From IMG/VR virus record IMGVR_UViG_3300037348_000049, positions 65,572 to 129,571 of that record: a stretch of 64,000 nucleotides of DNA; one strand, given 5' to 3'. Numbering within the stretch: the stretch's first letter is position 1; each line of letters begins with the position of its first letter. A program made the translations under genes and the position numbers. The notes below the pieces were generated by a model, which made no database searches, was not told the DNA's origin, and saw only the letters and a program-made list of their open reading frames with translations. This DNA is from a virus. Positions 1-12,833 of this stretch are shown in pieces.

Positions 1-57
1 CCTGTACTCCTTGAGGCCCTCCCTTGGATACTTCTACACGATTGCTGTACATGGCCA

Positions 58-447
58 TTATCTAGTTACCTCCGCACGTACGGTAAAATTTCCTAAAAGA
101 AGTCGTTCGACTACTCCAGTCATTGGTGCCTCTATCTCTAAATCGTAAACGTAATTACCTTCTACTACTGTTGACATATCTGTTGCTGAGACTAAAAGGT
201 CAAATCTTCCTTCAACTCCAAAAACTATAATCCGTCCATTTTCCGTAGTGAGTTCAAGAGCTACCGCGGCTGAATTGACAGCTGGCCTAACCTGCATACG
301 TGCCGTGTAGCCTGTTGTATTGTGCGGAGTGCGCTTAGCATCCTTGTACACAACCGTGTATGAGAAAGTTGCACCCTGATCGGCCACTATGTTATGTGTG
401 CCTTGATTACTGGCAAGGCCGCCATTGTAGAGATTTGTAGAAGGCAT
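58..447 (-). CDS. Putative virion structural protein, BppU-like baseplate/Ig-fold type
   Basis: QGATF..T..YKD....T.YTARMQVR and G.YVYDLEI motifs typical of phage baseplate-upper-like proteins; internal ATG (MPSTNL) preferred over the 477 start. Confidence 0.5.
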   Translation of the reverse strand: MPSTNLYNGGLASNQGTHNIVADQGATFSYTVVYKDAKRTPHNTTGYTARMQVRPAVNSAAVALELTTENGRIIVFGVEGRFDLLVSATDMSTVVEGNYVYDLEIEAPMTGVVERLLLGNFTVRAEVTR

Positions 448-540
448 TTGACTCTTTCGGCGAGAGGTTACAGTCAACTATCATTCTACAGCATTTGTAG
501 TTAGCCCATAAGGGAGATATACTTAGGCACAGGAGAATCC

Positions 541-765
541 ATGAGCTTGGTACTAAACACAGAAATACAGCAAAAAGAAGAGCAAAACGAGAATAAACTT
601 GCTCACTATGCTGAAGCGGCCTCAGTGAGTGAAGCTTACGTACTTGGAACACCAGTTAAAGCTCTCTGTGGAGAGGTTTTTATTCCTTCTCGTGACCCTG
701 AAAAATTTCCCGTATGCAGAACTTGCAAAGATATTATAAATGCACTATTGTTGGGCTCGGATTAA
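541..765 (+). CDS. DUF3039-family actinobacterial protein
   Basis: HY..A..V.EAYVLGTPVKALCGEVFIPSRDPEKFPVC..CK pattern. Confidence 0.75.
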   Translation: MSLVLNTEIQQKEEQNENKLAHYAEAASVSEAYVLGTPVKALCGEVFIPSRDPEKFPVCRTCKDIINALLLGSD

Positions 766-880
766 AAATCGACCAACAGATTTTGTCCTATACTAGAGCT
801 TCAACTCCTGACGAAATCACTTATTTTGGGATACAAACGTCAGGATTTGGCGTCTCAAACTAACGAAGGGTACACCACAC

Positions 881-1102
881 ATGACAGTCACCGTATACAC
901 GCTCCCATCCTGCGTTCAGTGCGACAGTACCAAGAGACTTTTGACTAGGAATGGAATTAAGTTTGAGATAATTGACCTCAGCACAGATGAGGCCGCCATG
1001 GCACTTGTAAAAGAGCTTGGCTACACTGCTGCACCTATTGTTGTTGTAGGTGACGACCACTGGAGTGGTTTCCGGATGGATAAAATTTCTGCACTTGTAT
1101 AA
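881..1102 (+). CDS. nrdH: Glutaredoxin-like NrdH redoxin
   Basis: YT.PSCVQC CxxC motif, APIVVV...HWSGFR; first gene of nrd operon. Confidence 0.95.
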   Translation: MTVTVYTLPSCVQCDSTKRLLTRNGIKFEIIDLSTDEAAMALVKELGYTAAPIVVVGDDHWSGFRMDKISALV

Positions 1103-1104
1103 TC

Positions 1105-1493
1105 ATGTACGACATAGTATATTTCTCTAACGTATCTAATAATACGCACAGATTCATGGAAAAGTTAGGCCTTCCGGCTCAGCGGATACCGGTCCGTTGG
1201 GACGGCGAAGAGCCTTTTATGGCGTATGGAGAGTATGTTCTTTTTCTCCCCACTTATGGTGGAGGAAATGACGAACACACTGTGCCAAAACAGGTCAAAA
1301 GTTTTTTAAACATTAAGACCAATAGAGACTTGCTTCGCGGTGTTGTCGGACTCGGCAATACTAATTTTGGTGACCACTTCTGTGGTGCAGCCGAGATGAT
1401 TTCAGCAAAAACTGGTGTACCTTTGCTGTATCGCGTAGAAATTATGGGTACACCATACGACGTAGAACAAGTAAACGAGAGGTTAAAACAACT

Positions 1494-1521
<28 letters not shown>
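1105..1521 (+). CDS. nrdI: Class Ib RNR flavodoxin-like assembly protein
   Basis: [31 protein letters not shown] motifs. Confidence 0.95.
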
Positions 1522-4588
<3,067 letters not shown>

Positions 4589-4598
4589 GGAGGCGAAA

Positions 4599-4643
4599 AT
4601 GGATTGCGACTGCGAAGGCTGCGGATGCGGTACAAGTAAGTAA
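4599..4643 (+). CDS. 14-aa Cys-rich micropeptide MDCDCEGCGCGTSK
   Basis: AAGGAGG RBS at 4587-4593, ATG 4599, TAA 4641-4643, then a terminator; not in ORF track. Confidence 0.5.
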   Translation: MDCDCEGCGCGTSK

Positions 4644-4650
4644 AAAAGAT

Positions 4651-4679
4651 AGGCCACCCTTCGGGGTGGCTTTTCTTTT
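4651..4679 (+). terminator. Intrinsic terminator of nrd operon
   Basis: GCCACCC-TTCG-GGGTGGC followed by TTTTCTTTT. Confidence 0.9.
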
Positions 4680-4692
4680 GTAGACTATATCT

Positions 4693-4872
4693 ATGCCTAC
4701 CTATTCTTATATTTGCGAAAACGGACATAAATACGAAGAAATTCGATCAATGTCTGAGAATTTGCAAAAGACGACTTGCGCAGAAACCCCTTGTGGTACT
4801 ACACTTAAGAGAGTATTCAGCGCGCCTCCAATCACCTTCAAGGGTGGTGGGTTTCATGCTAAAAGTGGTTAA
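4693..4872 (+). CDS. FmdB-family zinc-ribbon protein (59 aa)
   Basis: Manual translation MPTYSYICENGHKYEE...CAETPCG...RVFSAPPITFKGGGFH; TAGACT -10 six nt before ATG (leaderless). Confidence 0.8.
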   Translation: MPTYSYICENGHKYEEIRSMSENLQKTTCAETPCGTTLKRVFSAPPITFKGGGFHAKSG

Positions 4873-4889
4873 AAAGTAATAGGAGCCCC

Positions 4890-5207
4890 ATGAGAACCCA
4901 AAATAACGTAGACGTAGAATTTATTGGCATCAACCTACCCGAGTTTAGTAGCAGACAAAAACCCCTTTGCGCCGACGCGGATCCTGAGCTCTTCTATCCT
5001 ATAGAAGTTGAAAGCAGGCTGAGCGCCAGAGGTACTGTTGTTTCCGCTAAATACTTAGACGAAAGAGCTGCTAAGAAAATATGTAATCAGTGCCCTCTGC
5101 AAATGGCCTGTTTGAAATATGCTTTAGAAAACTCGGAGTACGGTATATGGGGTGGAACTTCTGAGACTGAAAGGGCAAACCTTCGCAGAAGGATTAGGCG
5201 TAACTAG
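4890..5207 (+). CDS. whiB: WhiB-family Fe-S transcription factor
   Basis: CADADPELFYP...AKKICNQCPLQMACLKYAL...GIWGGTSETER. Confidence 0.92.
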   Translation: MRTQNNVDVEFIGINLPEFSSRQKPLCADADPELFYPIEVESRLSARGTVVSAKYLDERAAKKICNQCPLQMACLKYALENSEYGIWGGTSETERANLRRRIRRN

Positions 5208-5280
5208 TGGACTTCAACACTTGATACAATAGAAACACCTGGGGAAGAGGCGAATTAATTAATCGACCCTAGGAGTTTAA

Positions 5281-5556
5281 ATGGGATTACTACCCGAAGT
5301 ACTAAGAAGAACCATAGCTCTAATTATTCTCCGTGTAAGTGGAGTCTTTGCTGGAGGCTCTCTTGCTGGAGTTGCACTCTGGCAATCAGCCGCGATGGCG
5401 GCATTCATCGGCCTCATGGATGTAGCGGAGAATCTATCTCGTGCCTACATGATTGATGGACATCTTGATGAAGAAGAAATAAACGCTGCTTTTGGTGGCA
5501 ATCTCGTTATGGATGAGGATGCAGAGTTAGCAAAAACTATTAAGGAAGAAAGATAA
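5281..5556 (+). CDS. Small membrane protein, possibly holin-like
   Basis: Two hydrophobic segments and an acidic C-terminal tail. Confidence 0.35.
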   Translation: MGLLPEVLRRTIALIILRVSGVFAGGSLAGVALWQSAAMAAFIGLMDVAENLSRAYMIDGHLDEEEINAAFGGNLVMDEDAELAKTIKEER

Positions 5557-5581
5557 ACCAGATAATCTTTTCTCTTTACGA

Positions 5582-5618
5582 AACCCCTTTTGACATTTTT
5601 GTCAAGAGGGGTTAGTAT
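5582..5618 (+). promoter_or_regulatory. Sigma70/HrdB-type promoter with its -35 inside a terminator-like hairpin
   Basis: TTGACA 5590-5595, 17 nt, TAGTAT 5613-5618, ATG 6 nt later; CCCCTTTTGACA/TGTCAAGAGGGG inverted repeat. Confidence 0.7.
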
Positions 5619-5624
5619 TTTCCC

Positions 5625-5858
5625 ATGAAAGATAATTTTGATAAATGGCTGCAAGTTGGAATAAAAAATAATTGGTGTGGTCCAGCCATATGCTATACGC
5701 ACGATGGGCTTCCAATTTCTGAGCGTCAGTCCCAAGAATTTGAAGAAGGTGGAGACCCTTGCCTCCATATTATTAGGCTTTATGAAGATGTTGAGACAAA
5801 ACAAGAGATAGAAGACAACCACCCACCTTCTGTTTGGAGAGCGCCACGCAATAAATAG
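5625..5858 (+). CDS. Hypothetical phage protein
   Basis: ORF with leaderless promoter; W..G...CxxHDG.P motif. Confidence 0.6.
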   Translation: MKDNFDKWLQVGIKNNWCGPAICYTHDGLPISERQSQEFEEGGDPCLHIIRLYEDVETKQEIEDNHPPSVWRAPRNK

Positions 5859-5925
5859 CAAGAGTGATCCACTCATAACTAAATATGTGTAGACTTATCA
5901 CAGATGTAACAACGAAGGAGCTAAC

Positions 5926-7236
5926 TTGTCCGAAAACTCAAACAACGAGATCACTTCAGGAGCAGTAAGGACCTTTGTACTAGATACATCTGTTCTCCTT
6001 TCTGATCCAAAGGCAATCTTTCGTTTTGCGGAACACGAAGTTGTTCTGCCCATCGTTGTGATTAATGAGCTTGAGAAAAAGCGAAACGATGGCGAGATAG
6101 GCTACCTATCACGTAAAGCGCTCCGATTATTAGATGACCTCCGCGACGAGCACGAGCGCCTAGACTTCCCTATTCCAGTCGGGGACGGTGGAACTTTAAG
6201 AGTCGAGCTTGAAAACATTGAGCCCGGCATCCTGCCAACCGGTTTTCAGCTGGGCGATAACGACTCCCGAATCTTGGCTGTAGCGGCGAATCTCAAAAGC
6301 GCAGGGTATGACGTAACCCTAGTCTCCAAAGATCTTCCTATGCGAGTAAAAGCTGCATCAATTGGGCTAAACGCTGAACAGTACCTACATGAACTTGCCA
6401 ACGAAGAGTGGCACGGAATCTCAGAGATTGCTGTTTCTGGTACAGACATAACTAATCTGTACGACAACGGTGAACTCGCACATGGATCCATCAAGGGTAT
6501 GCCCGTAAATACTGGACTAGTACTATCTTCAGAATCTGGTGGTGCACTAGGCCGGGTAACAGACAGTGGCACCATTCGTCTAGTCAAGGGTGATCGTGAA
6601 GTATTTGGACTACATGGACGCTCTGCTGAGCAGCGACTTGCTATTGATTCGTTGTTAGACCCCGGTATGGGCATCGTCTCGCTCGGTGGAAAAGCCGGAA
6701 CCGGAAAGAGCGCCTTGGCATTATGCGCTGGGCTCGAAGCGGTCTTGGAGAGGAAAGAGCACAAGAAGATTATGGTGTTCCGACCATTGCATGCAGTCGG
6801 TGGCCAGGAACTTGGATACCTCCCTGGAACCGAAGCCGAGAAAATGAATCCGTGGGCGCAGGCCGTTTTCGACACGCTCGGATCACTGGTCTCGAAAGAA
6901 GTAATTGAAGAAGTAATAGCTCGTGGCATTCTTGAGGTCCTACCACTAACCCACATTAGGGGTCGATCGCTTCACGACACCTTTGTAATCGTAGATGAAG
7001 CTCAGTCGCTAGAGAAGAATGTATTGCTGACTGTTCTATCTCGTATTGGACAAAAGTCTAGAGTAGTTCTGACACACGACGTAGCTCAGAGGGACAACCT
7101 CCGAGTGGGCCGTCATGATGGAGTTGCCTCGGTTGTTGAGAGATTAAAGGGCCAGTCTATATTTAGCCACATTACTTTGATGCGTTCCGAACGAAGCGAG
7201 ATAGCGGCTCTGGTTACAGATCTTCTAGACTACTAG
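5926..7236 (+). CDS. phoH: PIN-domain + PhoH ATPase (PhoH2 type)
   Basis: [12 protein letters not shown] motif, GKAGTGKS Walker [15 protein letters not shown]. Confidence 0.93.
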   Translation: MSENSNNEITSGAVRTFVLDTSVLLSDPKAIFRFAEHEVVLPIVVINELEKKRNDGEIGYLSRKALRLLDDLRDEHERLDFPIPVGDGGTLRVELENIEPGILPTGFQLGDNDSRILAVAANLKSAGYDVTLVSKDLPMRVKAASIGLNAEQYLHELANEEWHGISEIAVSGTDITNLYDNGELAHGSIKGMPVNTGLVLSSESGGALGRVTDSGTIRLVKGDREVFGLHGRSAEQRLAIDSLLDPGMGIVSLGGKAGTGKSALALCAGLEAVLERKEHKKIMVFRPLHAVGGQELGYLPGTEAEKMNPWAQAVFDTLGSLVSKEVIEEVIARGILEVLPLTHIRGRSLHDTFVIVDEAQSLEKNVLLTVLSRIGQKSRVVLTHDVAQRDNLRVGRHDGVASVVERLKGQSIFSHITLMRSERSEIAALVTDLLDY

Positions 7237-7410
7237 ATGGCCAAACGCGAAGCAAAAAACGCCACTATTGATTACAGCGGAGATAACAGAGAAAGTATCT
7301 TTGGATGGTGCTCTACTAAACAGCACTTGGATTGCATAATAAATTTCCCTGGCCACAGTTGTATATGTTGCTGTCACGATGGAGATGTGTTAGTATCTGA
7401 CGATGCATAA
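7237..7410 (+). CDS. 57-aa Cys/His-rich hypothetical protein
   Basis: Starts right after phoH stop; WC...H.DC...HSCICCCH; manual translation. Confidence 0.5.
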   Translation: MAKREAKNATIDYSGDNRESIFGWCSTKQHLDCIINFPGHSCICCCHDGDVLVSDDA

Positions 7411-7804
7411 TAATGAGAAGCAGAGTTTTACAGGTCTTATCCTGAATCTTATAAAGCAAAAGTTTTGTAAGCATTCCGATACAACTGATATATCTTGCCC
7501 GTACACCATGAGGACCTACACCGACTGCGTTGATTGCGGCCTCAGGATAAAAATAGAGCCAGCAAAAGGCTAGATCGTGATTTGGCAAGATCTTTAAGGT
7601 ACTTAATGTAGCATACTGTACCCCCCGGTTTTGTTCATTAATGTACAAAGGGTAGTGTACAAAAACTCTGTATAAACTTAAACCTAAGGTTATACAAAAA
7701 TGGCACATTGGACTAAGTCTTTTGAATCCATGTGATACTGATAGATGAGGAGTTGGGTTTTAGCTGACAAATGTTCAGCGTTTAAATTAATAGAAAGGTT
7801 TACT

Positions 7805-8977
7805 GTGTCTCAAGAAGAAACCTACAAAGTGGTTGCTGGCTTAATTGTATCTCCTACAAACAATATTATTCTGGGTTCGGGTGAGAATACGTACCTAAAC
7901 TCCATAACTCCAGATAATAAAGTTGCTACTATAAAAGATATTAATGATGCTAACACAGCGGATTTTACTTTTGAGAATGTAGATAGCAGCGAAAGCAGGG
8001 TCTATTTAAACAACAAAGACTTTACAATTGAAACAACTCGCGGTGAGCCAGTCTCATTTGAAGGTAGCATCTCACTTGCTACTGCTAACACATATTCTTT
8101 AATTGCTGGAGCAGGAATTACAAATACTGGTCCTACCGCTATTAATGGTAACATTGCCACTTCTCCGAACAATATCTTTACAGGTCGGGGGTCTGCCATT
8201 ATTGTTGGCGACGTTCATTTAAATGACCCTAAGGCTGTCCAGGCACAAATAGACTTACGCAGTGCTTATGATGAAGTTGAAGCTCTTACCCCTACTGATA
8301 CAGTAACTGCTAACTTGGGAGGCCAGACTCTCTCTCCAGGTGTCTACAACTCTGCAACTTCCATAAACTTAAGCGGTGACCTAATTCTTGACGCTGGCGG
8401 AGAAATCGATGCAGTGTTTGTTTTTCAGGCTGGGACTTCGTTTGAAGTTGTCGGAGGTAGCACCGTAACTCTGATAAATGGCGGACTAATTAGAAATGTC
8501 TACTGGCAAGTGGGCACCGCTACAAATGTCGCGGGTGGTGCTGAGCTAATTGGTCTTGTTATGTCGACTGGAACGATTGCTATGGCAGCTGGCGCTTCCA
8601 TACGTGGACGGTTGCTTTCACTAGACGGTGCCATAACTCTATCGACAAATAGTATTATTTTGCAATCGACCCCAGAGTCAGTAAATATTGATGCAGATAT
8701 AAACTTGTTTTCTGCAGACGACGTTATTATTGAAGCAAGGGGAAGTGGTGTTCAGATATCAGCAAACTCTAATGTCTTTATTACTACTAGCAAATATGAC
8801 TCTCTCAGTCAATGGACGTTTGTTGAAGATGGGTCGCTAGAGTTCCCCGACAACACCTTTCAAACTACCGCTTATACGGGAGAGGTTCCTGCTTACACAA
8901 ATACCGCAGACCTAAAGGCTCTTGTAGCATCAAGCACAGATTTTGCAGACTTTAAGAGCAGGATTGCAGCGCTGTAA
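7805..8977 (+). CDS. Ice-binding (DUF3494-like) beta-solenoid domain protein with tail-fibre-like termini
   Basis: AGAGITNTGPT..NGNI, TLSPGVY, G.LILDAGG..DAVFVFQAG, NVYWQVG, GRLLS..GAITL; GTG 7805 has an AGAAAGG RBS; C-terminal WTF..DGSL.FPD...QTTAY. Confidence 0.85.
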   Translation: MSQEETYKVVAGLIVSPTNNIILGSGENTYLNSITPDNKVATIKDINDANTADFTFENVDSSESRVYLNNKDFTIETTRGEPVSFEGSISLATANTYSLIAGAGITNTGPTAINGNIATSPNNIFTGRGSAIIVGDVHLNDPKAVQAQIDLRSAYDEVEALTPTDTVTANLGGQTLSPGVYNSATSINLSGDLILDAGGEIDAVFVFQAGTSFEVVGGSTVTLINGGLIRNVYWQVGTATNVAGGAELIGLVMSTGTIAMAAGASIRGRLLSLDGAITLSTNSIILQSTPESVNIDADINLFSADDVIIEARGSGVQISANSNVFITTSKYDSLSQWTFVEDGSLEFPDNTFQTTAYTGEVPAYTNTADLKALVASSTDFADFKSRIAAL

Positions 8978-9036
8978 GGCCTCTATATAAATTAAGCATC
9001 AAAATAACTTATTAGCATGGAAGGTAGAATAAGTAT

Positions 9037-9789
9037 ATGCATAACATGGACACCTTTTTAATACCTGAAGAACGAGATCTTGCGGACGCGCTCGCTCGAA
9101 TTGCCAGTAAGTATGGAAAACTCAATGCAGATGATACTGGCATATGGGCTGGGTACACCCCCGCCGAAGAAAACTATGAACTTGCACTCATAAATGTTAA
9201 GTGTGGAAGTTGCGTATTCTTTCAGGGACCAGGCAACTGCCAAGTTGTAGAAGCCGAGATAGAAGAAGGTGGCTTATGTCGACTTGCCATTATTCCAGAC
9301 GGTGTAGTGACTGCGGCAGCTGGGTCAAAGCCCGCTCCAAAGAAGGATCAAATAAAAGGCTCTAGCAAGAACAAGGCGGGGTCTGCTTCTTCGGGTAAGG
9401 GCGTAAACTTTTCCGCAGCCATTACTAAGTCCCTTGAGACAAAAGTAAAAGAGCATAATGAGAAAGCCGCCAACGGTCGCAAGGTGACTTTGGCTAAACT
9501 AAAAGCTGTGTATCGACGCGGTGCTGGTGCCTTCTCCGGTTCTTACCGTCCCGGTCAGAATAGAAACTCCTGGGCGATGGCTCGCGTTAACGCATTCTTG
9601 CTGTTGGTTAGAACAGGTAAGCCAAAGAACGCCAAGTACACTACGGACAATGATCTTTTACCAAGAATGCACCCGCGCAGTACTGCTTCGGTTTCTGCGT
9701 CCCCATTACTGGCATCTCTCATGCAGAGTTATGACGTAGTAGACCAAGAAGATTACCCTGACGACCTGCTAGAACCCTGGCTCTCCTAA
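9037..9789 (+). CDS. Conserved large-phage protein, possibly head-associated
   Basis: CxxC/C N-domain; KVKEHN...LKAVYRRGAGAF...R..WAMARVNAFL motif that I associate with large phages. Confidence 0.45.
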   Translation: MHNMDTFLIPEERDLADALARIASKYGKLNADDTGIWAGYTPAEENYELALINVKCGSCVFFQGPGNCQVVEAEIEEGGLCRLAIIPDGVVTAAAGSKPAPKKDQIKGSSKNKAGSASSGKGVNFSAAITKSLETKVKEHNEKAANGRKVTLAKLKAVYRRGAGAFSGSYRPGQNRNSWAMARVNAFLLLVRTGKPKNAKYTTDNDLLPRMHPRSTASVSASPLLASLMQSYDVVDQEDYPDDLLEPWLS

Positions 9790-9867
9790 TAGTTGTTTTT
9801 CTGGACGCCCCTAAATCTAAGATGTATAATTGAACTGCGGAGATAATCCGAACTGAAGGCGGTAAGA

Positions 9868-10113
9868 ATGTTGAAAACACTAACAAACTCCGAGGAGTGG
9901 ACGCTTACTGCCCTGGACAGATGTGATTTTGATTGCGCATCCCAAGCCTATGTTAGAGCTGTTGGGGATGCTGGCGAGCTACTATTCTGCTCCCACCACT
10001 ACAATAAGATTTCGAGCAACTCTAAGTCATATGAGGGCCTAATGAAGTTTGCTTATCAGATAGTTGATGAGCGCGAGCGCCTTATTGAAAACAGGCTTCA
10101 GGGCTTAAATTAG
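9868..10113 (+). CDS. Small actinobacterial zinc-finger-like protein
   Basis: LTALDRCD..C..QAYV....GELLFC.HH. Confidence 0.6.
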   Translation: MLKTLTNSEEWTLTALDRCDFDCASQAYVRAVGDAGELLFCSHHYNKISSNSKSYEGLMKFAYQIVDERERLIENRLQGLN

Positions 10114-10166
10114 ATTATAGTTAGTCAGCTCTACTAAAGTTTGCATATTTTAGATAGGCTTAGCTC

Positions 10167-10361
10167 ATGACTACTTCGATACTCGTTGTTTTTGCAATTC
10201 TACTTATACCCTCTGTAGCAGCTGCTTTTGCAGTAGGTTGTACGATTGGTATTAAGCAATCAAGTGTGCGAATTTTAAAAATAATAGACGCCGCTACTGT
10301 AGGAGTAGATCCAGACGTAAGAGACTATAAAAAAAGACTTAAGAAGATGTTAAATGAGTGA
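10167..10361 (+). CDS. Small membrane protein
   Basis: N-terminal hydrophobic helix; TAGGCT -10 six nt upstream. Confidence 0.55.
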   Translation: MTTSILVVFAILLIPSVAAAFAVGCTIGIKQSSVRILKIIDAATVGVDPDVRDYKKRLKKMLNE

Positions 10362-11019
10362 AGGCAAGGCAATACTATATGCGCGAGTCTCTACCGCGAT
10401 GCAAGTTAGTGATGGTATATCGCTAGATGTACAAGAAAGGCAGCTAATAAACGCTGCTGAGTTTCACGGCTTTGCAGAGTGGGAAGTTATTCGCGAAGAA
10501 GGCAAGTCGGGCAAGAGCGTAAAAGGACGCCCCGTTTTACAATCCGCTTTGAAACGCCTTGAGGCCAAAGAAGTAGACGCCCTTATTGTTACAAGGATAG
10601 ACAGACTGGCTAGGAGTACAACTGACTTTCTTGAGATAGTGGACAAGGCCGCCAAGCAAGGGTGGCGACTAATAATGCTAGATCTAAACCTAGATACTTC
10701 TACGTACCAAGGAAGATTTGTAACAACCGTGATGAGTGCCCTCGCCGAGATGGAGCGTGGCATTATTGCTTCCCGTCAGAAAGATGTGCACAAGGATAGA
10801 CGAGAGCGTGGCATTGTTTGGGGAAAAGACATGGGCCCAATAAATAAAACTCCGCAGATCATAAAAGATAGAATTTCTGCGGAAAGAAGTGCTGGACGGT
10901 CCTATCGTGAAATAGCTAACGGATTAAATCAGGAAAAAATAGCTACGCAGAATGGTAAAATATGGTACGCTACGACAGTAAAGAACATTTTAGATGGGAT
11001 GTCACCTAGTGAAGCGTAA
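10354..11019 (+). CDS. Serine recombinase (resolvase/invertase) with short recombinase-type DNA-binding tail
   Basis: YARVST catalytic Ser, GRPVLQ..L, TRIDRLARS, ALAEMER, SYREIA..LN. Confidence 0.9.
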   Translation: MSEGKAILYARVSTAMQVSDGISLDVQERQLINAAEFHGFAEWEVIREEGKSGKSVKGRPVLQSALKRLEAKEVDALIVTRIDRLARSTTDFLEIVDKAAKQGWRLIMLDLNLDTSTYQGRFVTTVMSALAEMERGIIASRQKDVHKDRRERGIVWGKDMGPINKTPQIIKDRISAERSAGRSYREIANGLNQEKIATQNGKIWYATTVKNILDGMSPSEA

Positions 11020-11737
11020 AAGAAAATCAATAATAAAATTCACCTCAGCAGATAACTTTACAGAGCAAAGTGCAGCATTCCCTTTGCCGGCAAAGAGATC
11101 TGTCCCAGATTGGTATAGAAAGATGCCATTACATTTTGGCGGTGAAGGCTATAAGTGGATGGGAGAAAGGGGGAATAACGGAACTTTTAAGGCCTGCATC
11201 CCCATGTTTGATGCCCTAACTTCAGGATATGTTATACCTACCCCTATTGACTTACTTGTTGAGCAAGATTATTCGGGAACCCCAAAATTTGTTTGGAGAA
11301 TGGCTGGCGATAGTGGCATGATTAGTACTCATGATCCTGGTCAAATACCAGAGGACATGGTCCCTGAGGAGTATGACAAAATGGCTTTCAAGTTCGCTAA
11401 TCAATGGATGGTATCAACGCCTCCTGGATACTCGCTGCTGTTTACTCATCCACTAAACAGGGGTGACCTGCCATTCTATAGTTTGACTGGTATTGTTGAC
11501 ACTGACAAATACACCGCTCCAGTTAACTTTCCATTTTTTATCAAAAAAGGCTTTACGGGAATGATACCAGCTGGCACTCCCATGATCCAACTCATTCCTA
11601 TTAAGAGAGAACCATGGGCAATGGAGCTAGATAAAAAGTTTGATGCTGATGCCGTTACAGTAGCTAATGGACCTCTTTACTCAAAGATGTGGAGAGGTTA
11701 TAGAGACTTCTTCTGGGATAAGAAAGAGTATGAGTAG
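11009..11737 (+). CDS. Conserved phage protein with dUTPase-like beta-clip motifs (paralog 1)
   Basis: PDWYRKMP, C.P..DALTSGY, GYSLLFTHP, TGIVDTDKY, AGTPMIQLIP; GTG 11009 preferred start. Confidence 0.6.
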   Translation: MKRKRKSIIKFTSADNFTEQSAAFPLPAKRSVPDWYRKMPLHFGGEGYKWMGERGNNGTFKACIPMFDALTSGYVIPTPIDLLVEQDYSGTPKFVWRMAGDSGMISTHDPGQIPEDMVPEEYDKMAFKFANQWMVSTPPGYSLLFTHPLNRGDLPFYSLTGIVDTDKYTAPVNFPFFIKKGFTGMIPAGTPMIQLIPIKREPWAMELDKKFDADAVTVANGPLYSKMWRGYRDFFWDKKEYE

Positions 11738-12088
11738 ATGCCTAAAAAGAAAAAAGTAAACGCACCTATTGAAACTGCTCCAGCTCCAAATAAAGACTGG
11801 GAATACGTAACGGAGTTGCGAATAAATGGTAGGAATGTTGCTGCTGGGACTGAGCTAAAAATAAAAGGTCATCGAGGCAGGTTTAGATTTGTAAAGCTTG
11901 TGCGTAATGGAGAAGTGGAATGGATTGATGTTTGGGGAGGTCCAAAGAAGTTTGAATCTATGAGAAGCTTTAGACTAGAGCAGGTTCAAAGAATTCATTA
12001 CAAGAATCAAACCGTGGGTAATTTAGCTGAAGAATATAAAGCTAAAAAAGCGATCTTAAAAGCAGAAGAAGGAAGTAACGATGTTTAA
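11738..12088 (+). CDS. Hypothetical protein (beta-rich core)
   Basis: Abuts both neighbours; GTELKIKG.RGRFRF...WIDVWGG. Confidence 0.6.
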   Translation: MPKKKKVNAPIETAPAPNKDWEYVTELRINGRNVAAGTELKIKGHRGRFRFVKLVRNGEVEWIDVWGGPKKFESMRSFRLEQVQRIHYKNQTVGNLAEEYKAKKAILKAEEGSNDV

Positions 12089-12833
12089 ATTCTCTAAAAA
12101 TAAGAAAACCCGTCCGGGTGAAAAATTAATTGAGTTTGGTAAGACTAGTCCCTTTATACCCAGCCCAGTGCCTGCGAGAAGTACAATACCTGATTGGTAC
12201 AAAAAGGCACCTAGATTTTTGAATGGAGATACCGAAATTAAGGTAGGTTCTGCCACCTCCGCTGGTAACTTAGGTGTAAAGTACTGCGTACCATACTTAG
12301 ATGCGCTAAGTTCTGGCTACACTGCAAAACTTTGGGCTGATATTCAGGTCAAACAAGGGCCTAAGGGGCCCATCTTTAACTGGTCGGTTGATCCAAAGAT
12401 AATCGAAGGCCGAACAGTAGAGGGTTTTGAAACCTTGCCTGTACCTATCGGTCACTCTGAAGAACAGTTTATATGGATACAGCCCTTCTCTGTAAGGCTC
12501 CCTAGGGGGTATAGTGCAATCTTCACACACCCATTTAATAGGTTCGATCTCCCGTTCACTACGTTGACTGGAATAATGGATTGTGATGACGTAATGCCAG
12601 AAGGTAATTTTCCATTCTATTTGCAAGAAGGTTGGGAGGGTATAATACCAGCAGGCACCCCTTTCTTTCAGATAATTCCATTTAAGAGAGAAAAATGGGT
12701 GGCTATAGACAATCACGCCGTCTGGGAGGCGGCTCAGAAAAGACTTTGGGACTCTGCCGCTGTTGTTGCGGGATTCTACAAGCGTAAGCTTTGGTCAAGA
12801 AAAGAGTACAGAACAGATTATGACAACAAATAA
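12081..12833 (+). CDS. Conserved phage protein with dUTPase-like motifs (paralog 2)
   Basis: PDWYKKAP, C.P..DALSSGY, GYSAIFTHP, TGIMDCD, AGTPFFQIIP; clearly homologous to 11009-11737. Confidence 0.6.
   Translation: MFKFSKNKKTRPGEKLIEFGKTSPFIPSPVPARSTIPDWYKKAPRFLNGDTEIKVGSATSAGNLGVKYCVPYLDALSSGYTAKLWADIQVKQGPKGPIFNWSVDPKIIEGRTVEGFETLPVPIGHSEEQFIWIQPFSVRLPRGYSAIFTHPFNRFDLPFTTLTGIMDCDDVMPEGNFPFYLQEGWEGIIPAGTPFFQIIPFKREKWVAIDNHAVWEAAQKRLWDSAAVVAGFYKRKLWSRKEYRTDYDNK

Noticed and set aside
766-880. NrdR box upstream of nrdH; TCCTGACG/CGTCAGGA inverted repeat at 806-845
   Set aside because: No match to the NrdR consensus seen; an 8-bp repeat with a 24-nt spacer is too weak to call.
10354-11019. 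IS607-type transposon
   Set aside because: No N-terminal MerR HTH, no adjacent tnpB, and no element ends seen.
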